A stretch of DNA of 64,000 nt from an uncultured Armatimonadia bacterium (lineage in GTDB: Bacteria; Armatimonadota; Zipacnadia; UBA1398; CAZMGT01). Under the pieces are notes generated by a model, which ran no database searches, was not told where the DNA came from, and saw only the letters and a list, made by a program, of their open reading frames with translations. The DNA is taken from assembly GCA_964565895.1 (NCBI GenBank), contig CAZMGT010000015.1, positions 93 to 64,092 on the forward strand, read 5' to 3'. The translations under genes were made by a program, and so were the position numbers. Positions 25,211 through 34,415 of this stretch are shown in pieces. Position 1 is the stretch's first letter. Each line of letters begins with the position of its first letter.

Positions 25211-26050
25211 TTATCCAGCCTTTGCCAGAAGCTCCTTGAGATAGTTCAGGCTGCGCTCCGCCTGCTCCACCGTCCCGCACTCCACGGAAAACACGCCGGA
25301 AAACCCTGCGTTGCGCAAAATGCGGATCACGCGCTCCCAATCCACCACGCCATCGCCGCAGGCGCAGCCCACGGCAGTGCCCGTAACCTCGCCGCGCTCC
25401 GTTTCCACTTGCTCGTAGGCGATGTCCTTGGCGTGGACGTGAACCACCTTGTCCGCGACGGCCTCGAGCATCTCATAGGGGTCGGCCTGGCCCCCGAGGA
25501 CGATGTTCCCCGTGTCCCAGTTAACCTTCATCCGCGGGCTGTCTACCAGGTTAAGGATGCGCTCGAACGTCTCCTGGCGCACGGTGAAGATTTGGTGTGG
25601 CTCAAGGCCGTAGTCAATGCCGTGGCGCTCGCACCAGGGGAGAATGCGGCGCAGGGAATAGCGCATGATCTCAAACGCTTCCTCGTCGCTCATCCACTCC
25701 GGCTTGGGGCCCTCGTCGCTGGTAATGCACGGAGCGCCGATGTCCGCGGCGAAGCGTATCGCCTGCGTTTGGTAGGGAATGGCGATCTCGGGCTTCATCA
25801 GCGGAGCGTGAGCGGAAAGCGCGGAGCATTTTAGCCCCAGCTCGTCCAGCCACTGCTTGAGCTCCAGCGGGTCCTCCTCCATGGATACCATGTGATAGTA
25901 GCCCGCTTCGGCGAGCAGGTCGCGCCCGGTGGCCACGCAGGGCTCGACGTATTCATAGCCCAGCTCGGCGGCCTTTTCGATTCCCCAGCGAAACGGCTTG
26001 TCGTGGCTGCGCACAAACTCCAGATTAACCCCCAGGCGAATGTCGCTCAT
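25211..26050 (-). CDS. Sugar phosphate isomerase/epimerase (AP_endonuc_2 TIM barrel), cytoplasmic
   Basis: GLEPHQ, VNWDTGN, HVHAKD, GCACGDGVVDW, SVEC; likely start MSDIR at 26050. Confidence 0.9.
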   Translation of the reverse strand: MSDIRLGVNLEFVRSHDKPFRWGIEKAAELGYEYVEPCVATGRDLLAEAGYYHMVSMEEDPLELKQWLDELGLKCSALSAHAPLMKPEIAIPYQTQAIRFAADIGAPCITSDEGPKPEWMSDEEAFEIMRYSLRRILPWCERHGIDYGLEPHQIFTVRQETFERILNLVDSPRMKVNWDTGNIVLGGQADPYEMLEAVADKVVHVHAKDIAYEQVETERGEVTGTAVGCACGDGVVDWERVIRILRNAGFSGVFSVECGTVEQAERSLNYLKELLAKAG

Positions 26051-26097
26051 GTTGCCCCACCTCTCGCGATGTCGTAGGGGAAGAGGTTCTCTTGCCG

Positions 26098-26126
26098 TTG
26101 CCAAACTCCTGCCTTCGGGTTATAAC
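26098..26126 (+). promoter_or_regulatory. Candidate sigma70 promoter TTGCCA-17-TATAAC
   Basis: 17-bp spacing; about 30 nt upstream of ATG 26155. Confidence 0.6.
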
Positions 26127-26154
26127 CGGCGCGGCTTTCCCGGGGAGCTGCGCA

Positions 26155-27795
26155 ATGAGCGAGCGCAAGGCCAAACTCATGCTCGCCGCCATCGTCCTCT
26201 GGCTGAGCGTTGTCGCCTGGAGCAACCGGTTCGTTCAGGACGACGCGTTCATCTCGTTTCGCTACGCGCAAAACCTCGTGCACGGGCACGGACTTGTCTT
26301 TAACCCAGGCGAGCGGGTGGAGGGATACACGAATTTTCTCTGGACCGTCCTCGTCGCAGGCGGCTTGGCTTTGGGAATCGATCCCGTGGCGTTTACATTT
26401 GTGGTAGGCATCATATGTTTCGCGCTATCCTTAATACTGACATACAAACTCTCGCGCCTGCTCCTCCGCTCCACGGAGACTGCGCTGCTTACCACAATAC
26501 TCCTGGGAACAAACTACACATTTAGCTGCTACGCCACAGGTGGGCTGGAAACGCAGCTTCAGGCGGCGCTACTTACGTGTTGCGCCTGGCTTGCCCTGCG
26601 CTGGGAAAAAGACGGGCGGTATTCTGGAAAATCCCTTGCTGCGCTTTCCCTTGTTTCCGCGCTGGCCGTCCTAACGAGGCCGGATTCGTTGTTGCCTGTC
26701 GCTGTGTTTTGTGGTTATGCGCTGGCCCAAGCCGCTTCTGCGCGAAAGGAGAGACAAGAGTGGCTGAAAAACGTGGTTTTCTTAGCCGGCCCCCTTTTTC
26801 TTGTCATCGGGCCTTGGCTTTTGTGGAAAGTGGCTTTTTACGGCGAGCTTCTGCCAAACACATTCTACGCAAAGGTCCACGGCGTGGGCTTAATTGAGGG
26901 ACTGCGCTACTTATGCTTGTTCGCTTTATCGTACTTCCTTGTTCCTTTCCTCGTATTATTTGCGTTGAGTTTGAAAAACATTTTCCGTAGCGAAGGGAGA
27001 AGGCTGTGCGTAGTGGCATTTGTTGTTATCGCGTGGTGTGTTTATGTGGCTTGCGTTGGGGGAGATTTTATGGAGTTTAGGTTTCTTGTCCCGGTAATGC
27101 CGCTGATGTTTGTCGTAGTCGGTTGGCTCTGCTTTGTGTTTCCCATGAGGCGCGAGGTGCAACTGGCCCTGGCAATTGTCGTCCTCTTGGGAAGTGTGCA
27201 CCACGCGCTAACGTTCGGTAAAGCGCTTGACACACACGGGGTTGAGACAATAGCGGACCTCGAGGGCCACCTTTTCCGCGAGGATGAGAACTGGGTTGGC
27301 GTGGGCAAGGCTTTGGGGAAGTATTTCGGCGGTTCGGCCGTGGTGCTTGCCTGCAAGCCGTGCGGGGCGATTCCCTTTTACTCGGGCCTGCCCACGATAG
27401 ACATGCTCGGGCTGAGCGATCGCTGGATTGCCCGCCACGGCTGGGTGCCGCAAGAGCAACGCGCGGGGCACCGCCGCGAGGCCACGCTGGGCTACCTTGT
27501 CGCGCGCAAGGCGAACTTGGTTGTCGGCCATCCCGAGGTACTATCAACAGCCGCTCCGCACAAGCCGTTTTACACCGTCACCGACATCAATGCGACATGG
27601 GTGCACGTAGACGACCCTAACCTTTTGCCGCACGAGGCGAAAATCGTTGCGATTCCCATTGGCAGAGGGCACGAGCTGCTTGCGCTTTATCTTGTGCGGC
27701 ACGAAAAGATCGAGGAAACTATTCGTCGCCGACGCTGGAGGACTTACCCAATATATTTTTGCAAACCGGCCGCGCGGCCACACGTTAAAGCCTAG
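26155..27795 (+). CDS. Polytopic GT-C-fold glycosyltransferase-like membrane protein (AftB/PMT-like)
   Basis: QDDAFISFRYAQNL..GHGLVFNPGERVEGYTNFLW, GGLETQL, LTRPDS, LLPNTFYAK, GGDFMEFRFLVP, GAIPFYSGLPTIDMLGLSD. Confidence 0.8.
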   Translation: MSERKAKLMLAAIVLWLSVVAWSNRFVQDDAFISFRYAQNLVHGHGLVFNPGERVEGYTNFLWTVLVAGGLALGIDPVAFTFVVGIICFALSLILTYKLSRLLLRSTETALLTTILLGTNYTFSCYATGGLETQLQAALLTCCAWLALRWEKDGRYSGKSLAALSLVSALAVLTRPDSLLPVAVFCGYALAQAASARKERQEWLKNVVFLAGPLFLVIGPWLLWKVAFYGELLPNTFYAKVHGVGLIEGLRYLCLFALSYFLVPFLVLFALSLKNIFRSEGRRLCVVAFVVIAWCVYVACVGGDFMEFRFLVPVMPLMFVVVGWLCFVFPMRREVQLALAIVVLLGSVHHALTFGKALDTHGVETIADLEGHLFREDENWVGVGKALGKYFGGSAVVLACKPCGAIPFYSGLPTIDMLGLSDRWIARHGWVPQEQRAGHRREATLGYLVARKANLVVGHPEVLSTAAPHKPFYTVTDINATWVHVDDPNLLPHEAKIVAIPIGRGHELLALYLVRHEKIEETIRRRRWRTYPIYFCKPAARPHVKA

Positions 27796-28856
27796 CCCCC
27801 GCGGCCGTCCCACCAATATGTGCGAAACTCCTCGATGGCGCTTAGCGCGGCGTCGGCGTTTTCCGGAGGAACGGAGGGCGAAAGCTCAAGCTGCAGCTCA
27901 AGCCCGCCCCGCGGCGAGCCCAGCCGGCGGACGGCTTCTTCGATTAGCTGGCGTATCTCCTTCCTTGTGCCAAACGGAATGGTGTATTGCCGGTCGAGGT
28001 CAAGGCGAATGCATATCCGTCCCTTAAGCTCGCGCTCGATGTTTTCCAACCCGTTAACCATATCCTGCAAATTAAGTATGCAAACACCACAATTGATTAG
28101 TTGGTCTGCGATTTCCATAATATGCCCGTCGCTGTGCAAGTATACCAGTATTCCCGCATCGCGCAGGGGCTTCATTAGCCGTGTGTACGACGGAGCAATC
28201 CACTTGGCAAACTGCTTGGGGCTGAGCATTGAGGCGCGTTGCGTCCCGAGATCGTCGCCGAAGGAAACCATATCTACCCCAACACTCAGATATTGCTGGA
28301 CATAATACTGGTTAAACCGTTCCACCATGTTAACAAGTCGCTGCAACCGCGGCTCGTCGGCGGCTACATCGAGCATAAAATTCTCAAACCCGCGCAGGTA
28401 ATAAAGACGCATAAACATAAACCCATGAGCGACGTGGCCCACGGCAAGCTGGCCTCGCTCCTTTGCCTGGCGAATGGCGCGCAACCGTTGCTCCCAATTT
28501 ATCGGGCCGAAGTGGTCAAAGCGCGCGGGGTCCGGCGGGCGGTAGCTTTCCAGCGCTTCCCAAGAGGCAAGCGGCGCTTCTGTGGGAATGCCCACGATGC
28601 CCTCCGCGGCATTGTGCCACACGCAGCCCCAGGGGTCGGTAAACGTCCCCGCGCGATGGCGCTCGTCGATCGCGTCGAAGTCGCGCGCGCCGCGGCGGAA
28701 GTTGGGAAACAGCACCGGGTGCCGGGCGAGCACGTCTTCTAACTCCTCGCGCAGCTTCTTCCACGTCGCGGGCAAAATGGCCACGTTGCACGGAATATAT
28801 TCCGGGCCGGAAAACGTTGCGTTGCGGATGTAGTTTTCCCGATAGCTGAGAGCCAC
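27792..28856 (-). CDS. Uroporphyrinogen decarboxylase (URO-D)/methyltransferase-2-like family protein
   Basis: TDPWGCVW, YLRGFENFMLD, FGDDLGTQRASMLSP, YLHSDGHI; GGAGG 7 nt before GTG 28856. Confidence 0.85.
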   Translation of the reverse strand: MALSYRENYIRNATFSGPEYIPCNVAILPATWKKLREELEDVLARHPVLFPNFRRGARDFDAIDERHRAGTFTDPWGCVWHNAAEGIVGIPTEAPLASWEALESYRPPDPARFDHFGPINWEQRLRAIRQAKERGQLAVGHVAHGFMFMRLYYLRGFENFMLDVAADEPRLQRLVNMVERFNQYYVQQYLSVGVDMVSFGDDLGTQRASMLSPKQFAKWIAPSYTRLMKPLRDAGILVYLHSDGHIMEIADQLINCGVCILNLQDMVNGLENIERELKGRICIRLDLDRQYTIPFGTRKEIRQLIEEAVRRLGSPRGGLELQLELSPSVPPENADAALSAIEEFRTYWWDGRGG

Positions 28857-28892
28857 GGAGCAACCTCCGCAAGCGCACACACTGCCCGCCGC

Positions 28893-30323
28893 TCACTCGC
28901 CCTCCCAGGGAGGGACGACCCCCGGCTGATACAGCCCCCAGGCGGCCAGCCGGCGCACGGCCTTTGGGTCAATATTCGGCCGGCCGGGGCGGAACATGTC
29001 CTGGAAATACCGCTGCTCAATGGACATTAAGAACTTCTCCAGCTTCCCCTGCAGCTCTGCGGCAACCTCGCGCTTGCGCTCGATGATATTCCACTGCTCG
29101 TCGGGGTCCTCCTCGACATCGTAAAGCGCGTCGCGGCCGATGGAGCTCCAGATGTACTTATACTTTTTCGTCCGCGCCGCCTTGAGCGACTCGTTTAGCC
29201 AGCGAATGTCGTAGTCCGGATACATACTCCACACGCGGCGGAACACGTGCTTTGGCGTTTGGGCCTCAGCGAGGGCAAACTCGCGCACCGGCCCACGTAG
29301 AGCGTCGAGCAAACTCTTTCCCTGAATGCTCTTGCGCGCCTCAGGCTCGTCGAGCTCAAGCAGGTCGAGGATCGTCGGGAAAATGTCTACGATTTGCACA
29401 AGTTCCTCGTTGCGCTGGCCGCCCTCGAAAACCCCGGGCAAACGGACAACGAGCGGCGTTTTGATCACCGTGTCCCACAGGCCGTTTTGCGAGTGATAGG
29501 CGTGGCCCACGTGCTCGCCCTGCGTGTCGCCGTGGTCGCCAGTGATGATGAGCAGGGTGTTGTCGAGCAGCCCCAGCTCCTCGAGCACCCCGCGGAGCAG
29601 GCCAATGCGATGATCCAAGCACGCCGTGCACCCATCGTAAAGCGAGCGCTGGATCTCCCAATCGCGAAACGTGAGGTTGCGCACGCCGATCGTCGTGTCC
29701 ACCTGATGCCCCTTGCGCTCCAGCGCCTCCTCATAGGTCACGCCTTCGGCGAGGAACTGGCTGCGGAACGGCTCCGGCGGGCGATAGGGGTCGTGCGGCA
29801 GGCCGTTGTTGATGAACAGAAAGAACGGCTTTTCGCCGCGCGCGTTCTCCTCGAGCCACTTTTTGACGATACCTACAAGAGCGAGGGAGTGCGAGTCCTC
29901 CTTGCTTTCCTCCTCGCTCGGGACAAACGGCTCCACCGCCTCCTTCCAGCTATAGTGATGCTGCTCTTGAAAACCTCGGCCGGGGTTCCACTGATCGTCG
30001 GCAATCGCCCAGGAGTTGTTGCAAAACGCGGCCGTGCGATATCCCGCGCGCGTGAGCACCTCGGGGAGGCTGGGCAACCCCGGCTCAAGCCCTTCGTGCT
30101 GCGCGCCCGCGCCGTGGCCCGACTCGTACCGGCCGGTAAACAGCGAGGCGTGCACGGGCAGCGTCCACGGCGCGGTGACAAAGTGGTTTAAAAAGACTGC
30201 CCCTTCCTCGGCCAGGCGGTCGATGTTCGGCGTGGTATTGCGGTGGTAGCCGTAGCAGCCGACGTTGCGCGCGCCCTGGGTGTCCATTACGAAAACAAGT
30301 ACGTTCGGCCGTTTGCTTTGCAC
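28893..30323 (-). CDS. Sulfatase-like hydrolase/transferase with Thr-type motif
   Basis: RPNVLVFVMDT, TTPNIDRLAEEG, TAPWTLPVHASLFTG, PHDPYRPP, ITGDHGD. Confidence 0.88.
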   Translation of the reverse strand: MQSKRPNVLVFVMDTQGARNVGCYGYHRNTTPNIDRLAEEGAVFLNHFVTAPWTLPVHASLFTGRYESGHGAGAQHEGLEPGLPSLPEVLTRAGYRTAAFCNNSWAIADDQWNPGRGFQEQHHYSWKEAVEPFVPSEEESKEDSHSLALVGIVKKWLEENARGEKPFFLFINNGLPHDPYRPPEPFRSQFLAEGVTYEEALERKGHQVDTTIGVRNLTFRDWEIQRSLYDGCTACLDHRIGLLRGVLEELGLLDNTLLIITGDHGDTQGEHVGHAYHSQNGLWDTVIKTPLVVRLPGVFEGGQRNEELVQIVDIFPTILDLLELDEPEARKSIQGKSLLDALRGPVREFALAEAQTPKHVFRRVWSMYPDYDIRWLNESLKAARTKKYKYIWSSIGRDALYDVEEDPDEQWNIIERKREVAAELQGKLEKFLMSIEQRYFQDMFRPGRPNIDPKAVRRLAAWGLYQPGVVPPWEGE

Positions 30324-30467
30324 TTAAAAACACTCCTTTTATCCAGGAAAGAGCAAAAGGTATTTTTCCGCGGCCCTAGTATACCAACTTCGGCGACAAG
30401 CGGCCGCCCGTGGCGCTTGCCCCACCGTAAAACAGCGGGGCAACGGCCGTTCGCCGGGAAGGTGTCC

Positions 30468-31385
30468 ATGGCAATGAGCCCGACGAGCGAGAGGGTGAAG
30501 AAGGTCGCGCTTTACGTCGCGCTAACCTACGCCGCGACGTGGGCGCTCGTGCGCGGCTACGTAGCCGTCGGAGGCAGGTGGAACACCGGGCCAGCGGTTC
30601 TCGTGGGCGTGGTTATGATGTTTATCCCGTTGGCCGGCGCGCTGTGCGTAAAGCGCGTCTTTGGCGAGCCCGCTTGGCCGGCGCTGGGAATCTCGCTGCG
30701 CGGGGGCTGGTGGTACCTGGGTGCTTGGCTCGCGCCGGTGTGCTTGGCGCTCGCCGCGCTGGCGATCAGCCTTGGCCTGCCCGGGGTGAGCTATTCGCCT
30801 GAGATGGAGGGGCTATATCAACGGCTGGCGCTTATCTTTTCCGAGGAGAGAGTCGAGCAAATGCGCCAGGCCGCGGCGGCCATGCCCGTGCACATTTTCT
30901 GGCTGATGCTCGTCCAAGCGCTGGTCGCCGGGCCGACGATAAACGCCCTCGCCGCCCTGGGCGAGGAGACGGGCTGGCGCGGGTTTTTATACGCCGAGCT
31001 CCGGCCGCTTGGCTTTTGGCCCTGCTCGGTGATCATCGGCGCGCTGTGGGGCCTGTGGCACGCCCCGGTTGTCCTCCTCGGGCATAACTATCCCGAGCAT
31101 CCCCTCGCCGGCGTGCCCCTCATGACCCTGTGGACGATCCTCATGACCCCGCTGTTGATCTATCTTCGCGAGCGGGCGCAGTCGGTGCTCCCGTGCGCCG
31201 TATTTCACGGAACGGTAAACAGCAGCACGGGGCTGGCTCTGGCCTTGGTTAAGGGAGGCAACGATCTGCTCATCGGGGTGACCGGCGCCGCGGGGATGCT
31301 CGCGCTTGCCGCGGCGAATGTTGCCCTGGTGGCGCGCGTTCGGGGCGGGGGCAAAGCGCCGGCGGGAGAGGAAGCTGGGCGATGA
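30468..31385 (+). CDS. CPBP family intramembrane glutamic endopeptidase (CAAX/Abi)
   Basis: LGEETGWRGFL, LWGLWHAP, VFHGTVN; multiple TM helices. Confidence 0.92.
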   Translation: MAMSPTSERVKKVALYVALTYAATWALVRGYVAVGGRWNTGPAVLVGVVMMFIPLAGALCVKRVFGEPAWPALGISLRGGWWYLGAWLAPVCLALAALAISLGLPGVSYSPEMEGLYQRLALIFSEERVEQMRQAAAAMPVHIFWLMLVQALVAGPTINALAALGEETGWRGFLYAELRPLGFWPCSVIIGALWGLWHAPVVLLGHNYPEHPLAGVPLMTLWTILMTPLLIYLRERAQSVLPCAVFHGTVNSSTGLALALVKGGNDLLIGVTGAAGMLALAAANVALVARVRGGGKAPAGEEAGR

Positions 31386-31930
31386 GCCTGCGCCGGCTGT
31401 TTTGGGTGTTCTTGCGCATCGGGGCGACGGGCTTTGGCGGGATGATCCCGCTGCTCGCCCTTGTTGAGGAGCAGGTTGTTGAGCGGCGGAAAATCGTCCC
31501 GCCGGAGGAGTTCGCCGACGGCGTGGCCATCGGCCAAATCCTTCCCGGGCCGATCGTCGTCGACGCGGTAACGCATGTCGGCTTTCGCGTGCGTGGGTGG
31601 CTGGGGGCTGTGGTGAGCGCGGTGGGGCTTATTTTGCCGGCGTTTTTGCTCATGCTTGTGCTCACGCCGCTGTACTTTAAGTACGGCCACATTCCGCACC
31701 TCGCCGGGGCATTTAAGGGCATCGGGGGCGCGGTGGTTGGGGTCGTGGCCGCGGCGATCTGGCGCTTGGGTTCGCGCATGTTGCGCACGTGGGCCAGCGT
31801 GGCCGTTTCCGCGTTGGCGTTTTTGGCCCTCGCGGCGTTTAGGGCCGATGCCGTGCTTACCTTGGTACTCTGCGGGGCGTTGGGGTTTTTGTTTCGCCGC
31901 GCGCTTGTTGCGGAGGAAAAGCCAAAGTGA
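31382..31930 (+). CDS. chrA: Short-chain chromate transporter subunit 1 (CHR family)
   Basis: FLRIGATGFGG, EFADGVAIGQILPGP, LPAFLLML; ATGA overlap with the upstream gene. Confidence 0.9.
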   Translation: MSLRRLFWVFLRIGATGFGGMIPLLALVEEQVVERRKIVPPEEFADGVAIGQILPGPIVVDAVTHVGFRVRGWLGAVVSAVGLILPAFLLMLVLTPLYFKYGHIPHLAGAFKGIGGAVVGVVAAAIWRLGSRMLRTWASVAVSALAFLALAAFRADAVLTLVLCGALGFLFRRALVAEEKPK

Positions 31931-32445
31931 GCCTTTTGCTCCTCGCCCTGGTCTGCCTTAAAGTGGGCACGTTTGTGTTCGGCGGCGGAATGACCATGAT
32001 CCCCATGATGGAGCAGGACGTGGTATTCCGCTATCACTGGCTTACCGAGCGCGAGTTCGTCGACGCCATTGCCTTGGGGCAGATGACCCCGGGGCCGCTG
32101 CTTGTTTCGGCAACGTTCGTCGGCTACAAGGTCTACGGCGTGCTCGGCGCGGTCGTCGCTACGGTGTGCATTTTTCTCCCCTCGTTTTTGATGACCATTT
32201 TTGTCGCCAGCGTGCTGTTGCGCGTGCGCGAGCGAGACTGGGTAAAAAGCGTGCTTGCTGGGGTTAACGCGGGAGTCGTTGGCCTACTTGCCGCAGCGGT
32301 GGTGAGCATCGGGCGCAGCGCGCTGGGCGACGCATGGACGGCGCTTTTTGCTCTGGGAGCGTTTGTCGCGCTGGTTAAGTTCCGCGTAGACGCCGTTTAT
32401 GTCATCCTCGCCGGCGGAGTACTTGGCCTGCTGATTTTCCGCTAG
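31927..32445 (+). CDS. chrA: Short-chain chromate transporter subunit 2 (CHR family)
   Basis: KVGTFVFGGG, WLTEREFVDAIALGQMTPGP, FLPSFL; GTGA overlap. Confidence 0.92.
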   Translation: MSLLLLALVCLKVGTFVFGGGMTMIPMMEQDVVFRYHWLTEREFVDAIALGQMTPGPLLVSATFVGYKVYGVLGAVVATVCIFLPSFLMTIFVASVLLRVRERDWVKSVLAGVNAGVVGLLAAAVVSIGRSALGDAWTALFALGAFVALVKFRVDAVYVILAGGVLGLLIFR

Positions 32446-32538
32446 TTGGCCCGAGGCAGAACTACGCCTCGGCGGCGCAGACTCGGCTTTCCACCAAGCA
32501 ACGCAGGCGCGGCCGCATCCGTGCGCGGCCATCCCCCG

Positions 32539-33087
32539 CTACCACTGCGACTTTTGCGTTACGCGTTGGGCGGCATCGGGCTCGGCGTAGACGGCGAGGA
32601 TCTCGCCGAAGTAAATGCGGTGATAGTCGCCCTCGGGGTAGAACTCAGGCTTAATCGCGTCGTCGAGCCGCTCGGGGATAACCTCGTTGTGGTGCAACAC
32701 CTTGCACTCGTAGACGATAACCGCCTGCTCGATCGCCGGCGCCTTGGTGTGCTTGGCCGGGGTTACGGAAAGGCCTTTTTCGGCAAACTTGTCTACGTCG
32801 CGCCCGGAGACGCTGCCGAAGTAGGTCACCACGTCGCTCAGCTCCGCGGGCATGACGTTAACGGTAAAGTCGCCCGTGGCTTCGATGCACTCGTAGGTAT
32901 AGCGCGAGTGGCGAACGAGGACTTCAAACACCGGCCGCCCCCATACGCACCCCAATACGCCCCAGCCGATGGCCATGGCGTTGGGCTTGCCCTGGGGGTC
33001 GAGGGAGCAGAGGAGCAGGCCCTCGTTGGTGAGCACGTCGAGCGTGGGCTTGACGAGGCTAAACAGCGGCACGTCTTGCTTGGCCAA
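32539..33087 (-). CDS. Flavin reductase-like (flavoredoxin family) protein
   Basis: NAMAIGWG, RHSRYTYECIE, FTVNVMP, GSVSGRDVDKF, YECKV, HRIYFGEIL. Confidence 0.9.
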   Translation of the reverse strand: MAKQDVPLFSLVKPTLDVLTNEGLLLCSLDPQGKPNAMAIGWGVLGCVWGRPVFEVLVRHSRYTYECIEATGDFTVNVMPAELSDVVTYFGSVSGRDVDKFAEKGLSVTPAKHTKAPAIEQAVIVYECKVLHHNEVIPERLDDAIKPEFYPEGDYHRIYFGEILAVYAEPDAAQRVTQKSQW

Positions 33088-33240
33088 AGCGCTTCTCCTC
33101 CCCGCGGTTAAGCTTGCCCCGAGGCGTCGAACTTCTCGCCATGCGGCTGCTGCTCCTCCCGCGCGGTGCGCTTGGAGAAAAGGATGGCTGGCCCGCGCAA
33201 GCGAATGCCACTTTAGCTTTCGCCAAGGGAGGGATGCTCA

Positions 33241-33924
33241 ATGGCTCGACGCTGCGTTCTGCTTGTGGCAATTGCTGCCGCTTTTAGCATTCTCGTGTTG
33301 TGTAGCGCCCGGGCGTATGCGCAGAAGGAAACGGGCGAGGTTATTAAGCTGTTTAACGGCAAGGACCTCAGCGGGTTGTATCCATTTGTGCGCGGGGGCA
33401 AGCCGGGCGAGGATCCCGAAGGCGTGTTTACCGTAAAAGATGGGATGATCTACATCAAAGGCCGGCCCGCGGGCTACCTGATGACCGAGAAGGAGTACGA
33501 GAACTATCGCGTGGTCATCGAGTATAAATGGGTCGTGGACGAAAAAGGCCGCGGCGGGGGCAACAGCGGCCTGCTCGTGCACTGCCAGCCCCCGGACAAG
33601 GTTTGGCCCAAGTCGCTGGAGTGCCAGATGATGTACAAAAACGAAGGCGACTTTTGGGTTATCGGCGGCGTGACCATTAACGTAGAGGGGGTCGAGCCGC
33701 AAGGCAGGCGCTATCGCAGGCACGCCAGCGGAACCAAACCCCTGGGCGAGTGGAACCGCATGGAGGTTACCTGCTGGGGCGATACGGTCACCGTGGTGGT
33801 CAACGGCGTTGAGGTTAACAAGGCGACCAACTGCAGCGTAACGCGCGGGAAAATTTGCGTGCAGTCCGAGGGCGCGCCGCTTGTCGTGCGCAAGTGGGAG
33901 CTTTATCCGCTTAAAGCGGAGTAG
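33241..33924 (+). CDS. Secreted DUF1080 (3-keto-disaccharide hydrolase/hydratase family) protein
   Basis: KLFNGKDLSG, GYLMTEKEYENY, NSGLLVH, WPKSLECQ, GEWNRMEV, VNG, GKICVQSEG. Confidence 0.92.
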   Translation: MARRCVLLVAIAAAFSILVLCSARAYAQKETGEVIKLFNGKDLSGLYPFVRGGKPGEDPEGVFTVKDGMIYIKGRPAGYLMTEKEYENYRVVIEYKWVVDEKGRGGGNSGLLVHCQPPDKVWPKSLECQMMYKNEGDFWVIGGVTINVEGVEPQGRRYRRHASGTKPLGEWNRMEVTCWGDTVTVVVNGVEVNKATNCSVTRGKICVQSEGAPLVVRKWELYPLKAE

Positions 33925-33953
33925 CCTCGCCCAACCGGTCGCTGGAGGAGCGC

Positions 33954-34412
33954 ATGCAATATACCGAGGGCAAGGTGGGCCGGGCGTTTCTCCTCCGCTT
34001 GGAGCACGGCGAGCCCCTGCCTGAGGCCGTGGAGCGGTTTGCGGCAAGCAGGGGGGTAATGGCCGCCGCGGTGCTCATCGTGGGCGGGGTTGATGCCGGA
34101 AGCAAGCTCGTTGTGGGGCCGGAAAAACGCGAGGACATGCCCCCGCGCCCTATGCTTGCCATCCTCTCCGGCGTGCATGAGTTCGCCGGCGTGGGGATCA
34201 TCGCCCCAGACGAGCACGGCCGCCCCCGCCTGCACATGCACGGCGCCGCGGGCCGCGGCGCGAGCACAAGCACGGGCTGCGTTCGCCTCGGAATACGCAC
34301 CTGGCAGGTGCTCGAGGTGTTGATCGTCGAGCTTTCCGGCCTCAACGCGGCACGCCTGCCCGACGAGCAAACCGGGTTTAGCCTTTTGCGCTGCGAGAGC
34401 GAGGAGAGCTAG
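33954..34412 (+). CDS. PPC/DUF296 domain protein
   Basis: GRAFLLRLEHGE, HEFAGVG, LHMHGAAGR, LEVLIVEL. Confidence 0.85.
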   Translation: MQYTEGKVGRAFLLRLEHGEPLPEAVERFAASRGVMAAAVLIVGGVDAGSKLVVGPEKREDMPPRPMLAILSGVHEFAGVGIIAPDEHGRPRLHMHGAAGRGASTSTGCVRLGIRTWQVLEVLIVELSGLNAARLPDEQTGFSLLRCESEES

Positions 34413-34415
34413 CCG

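Noticed and set aside
30468-31385. CPBP/Abi protease as an abortive-infection gene
   Set aside because: The Abi label for this family is historical; the motifs are those of a common membrane protease, coupled here to the chromate transporter pair.
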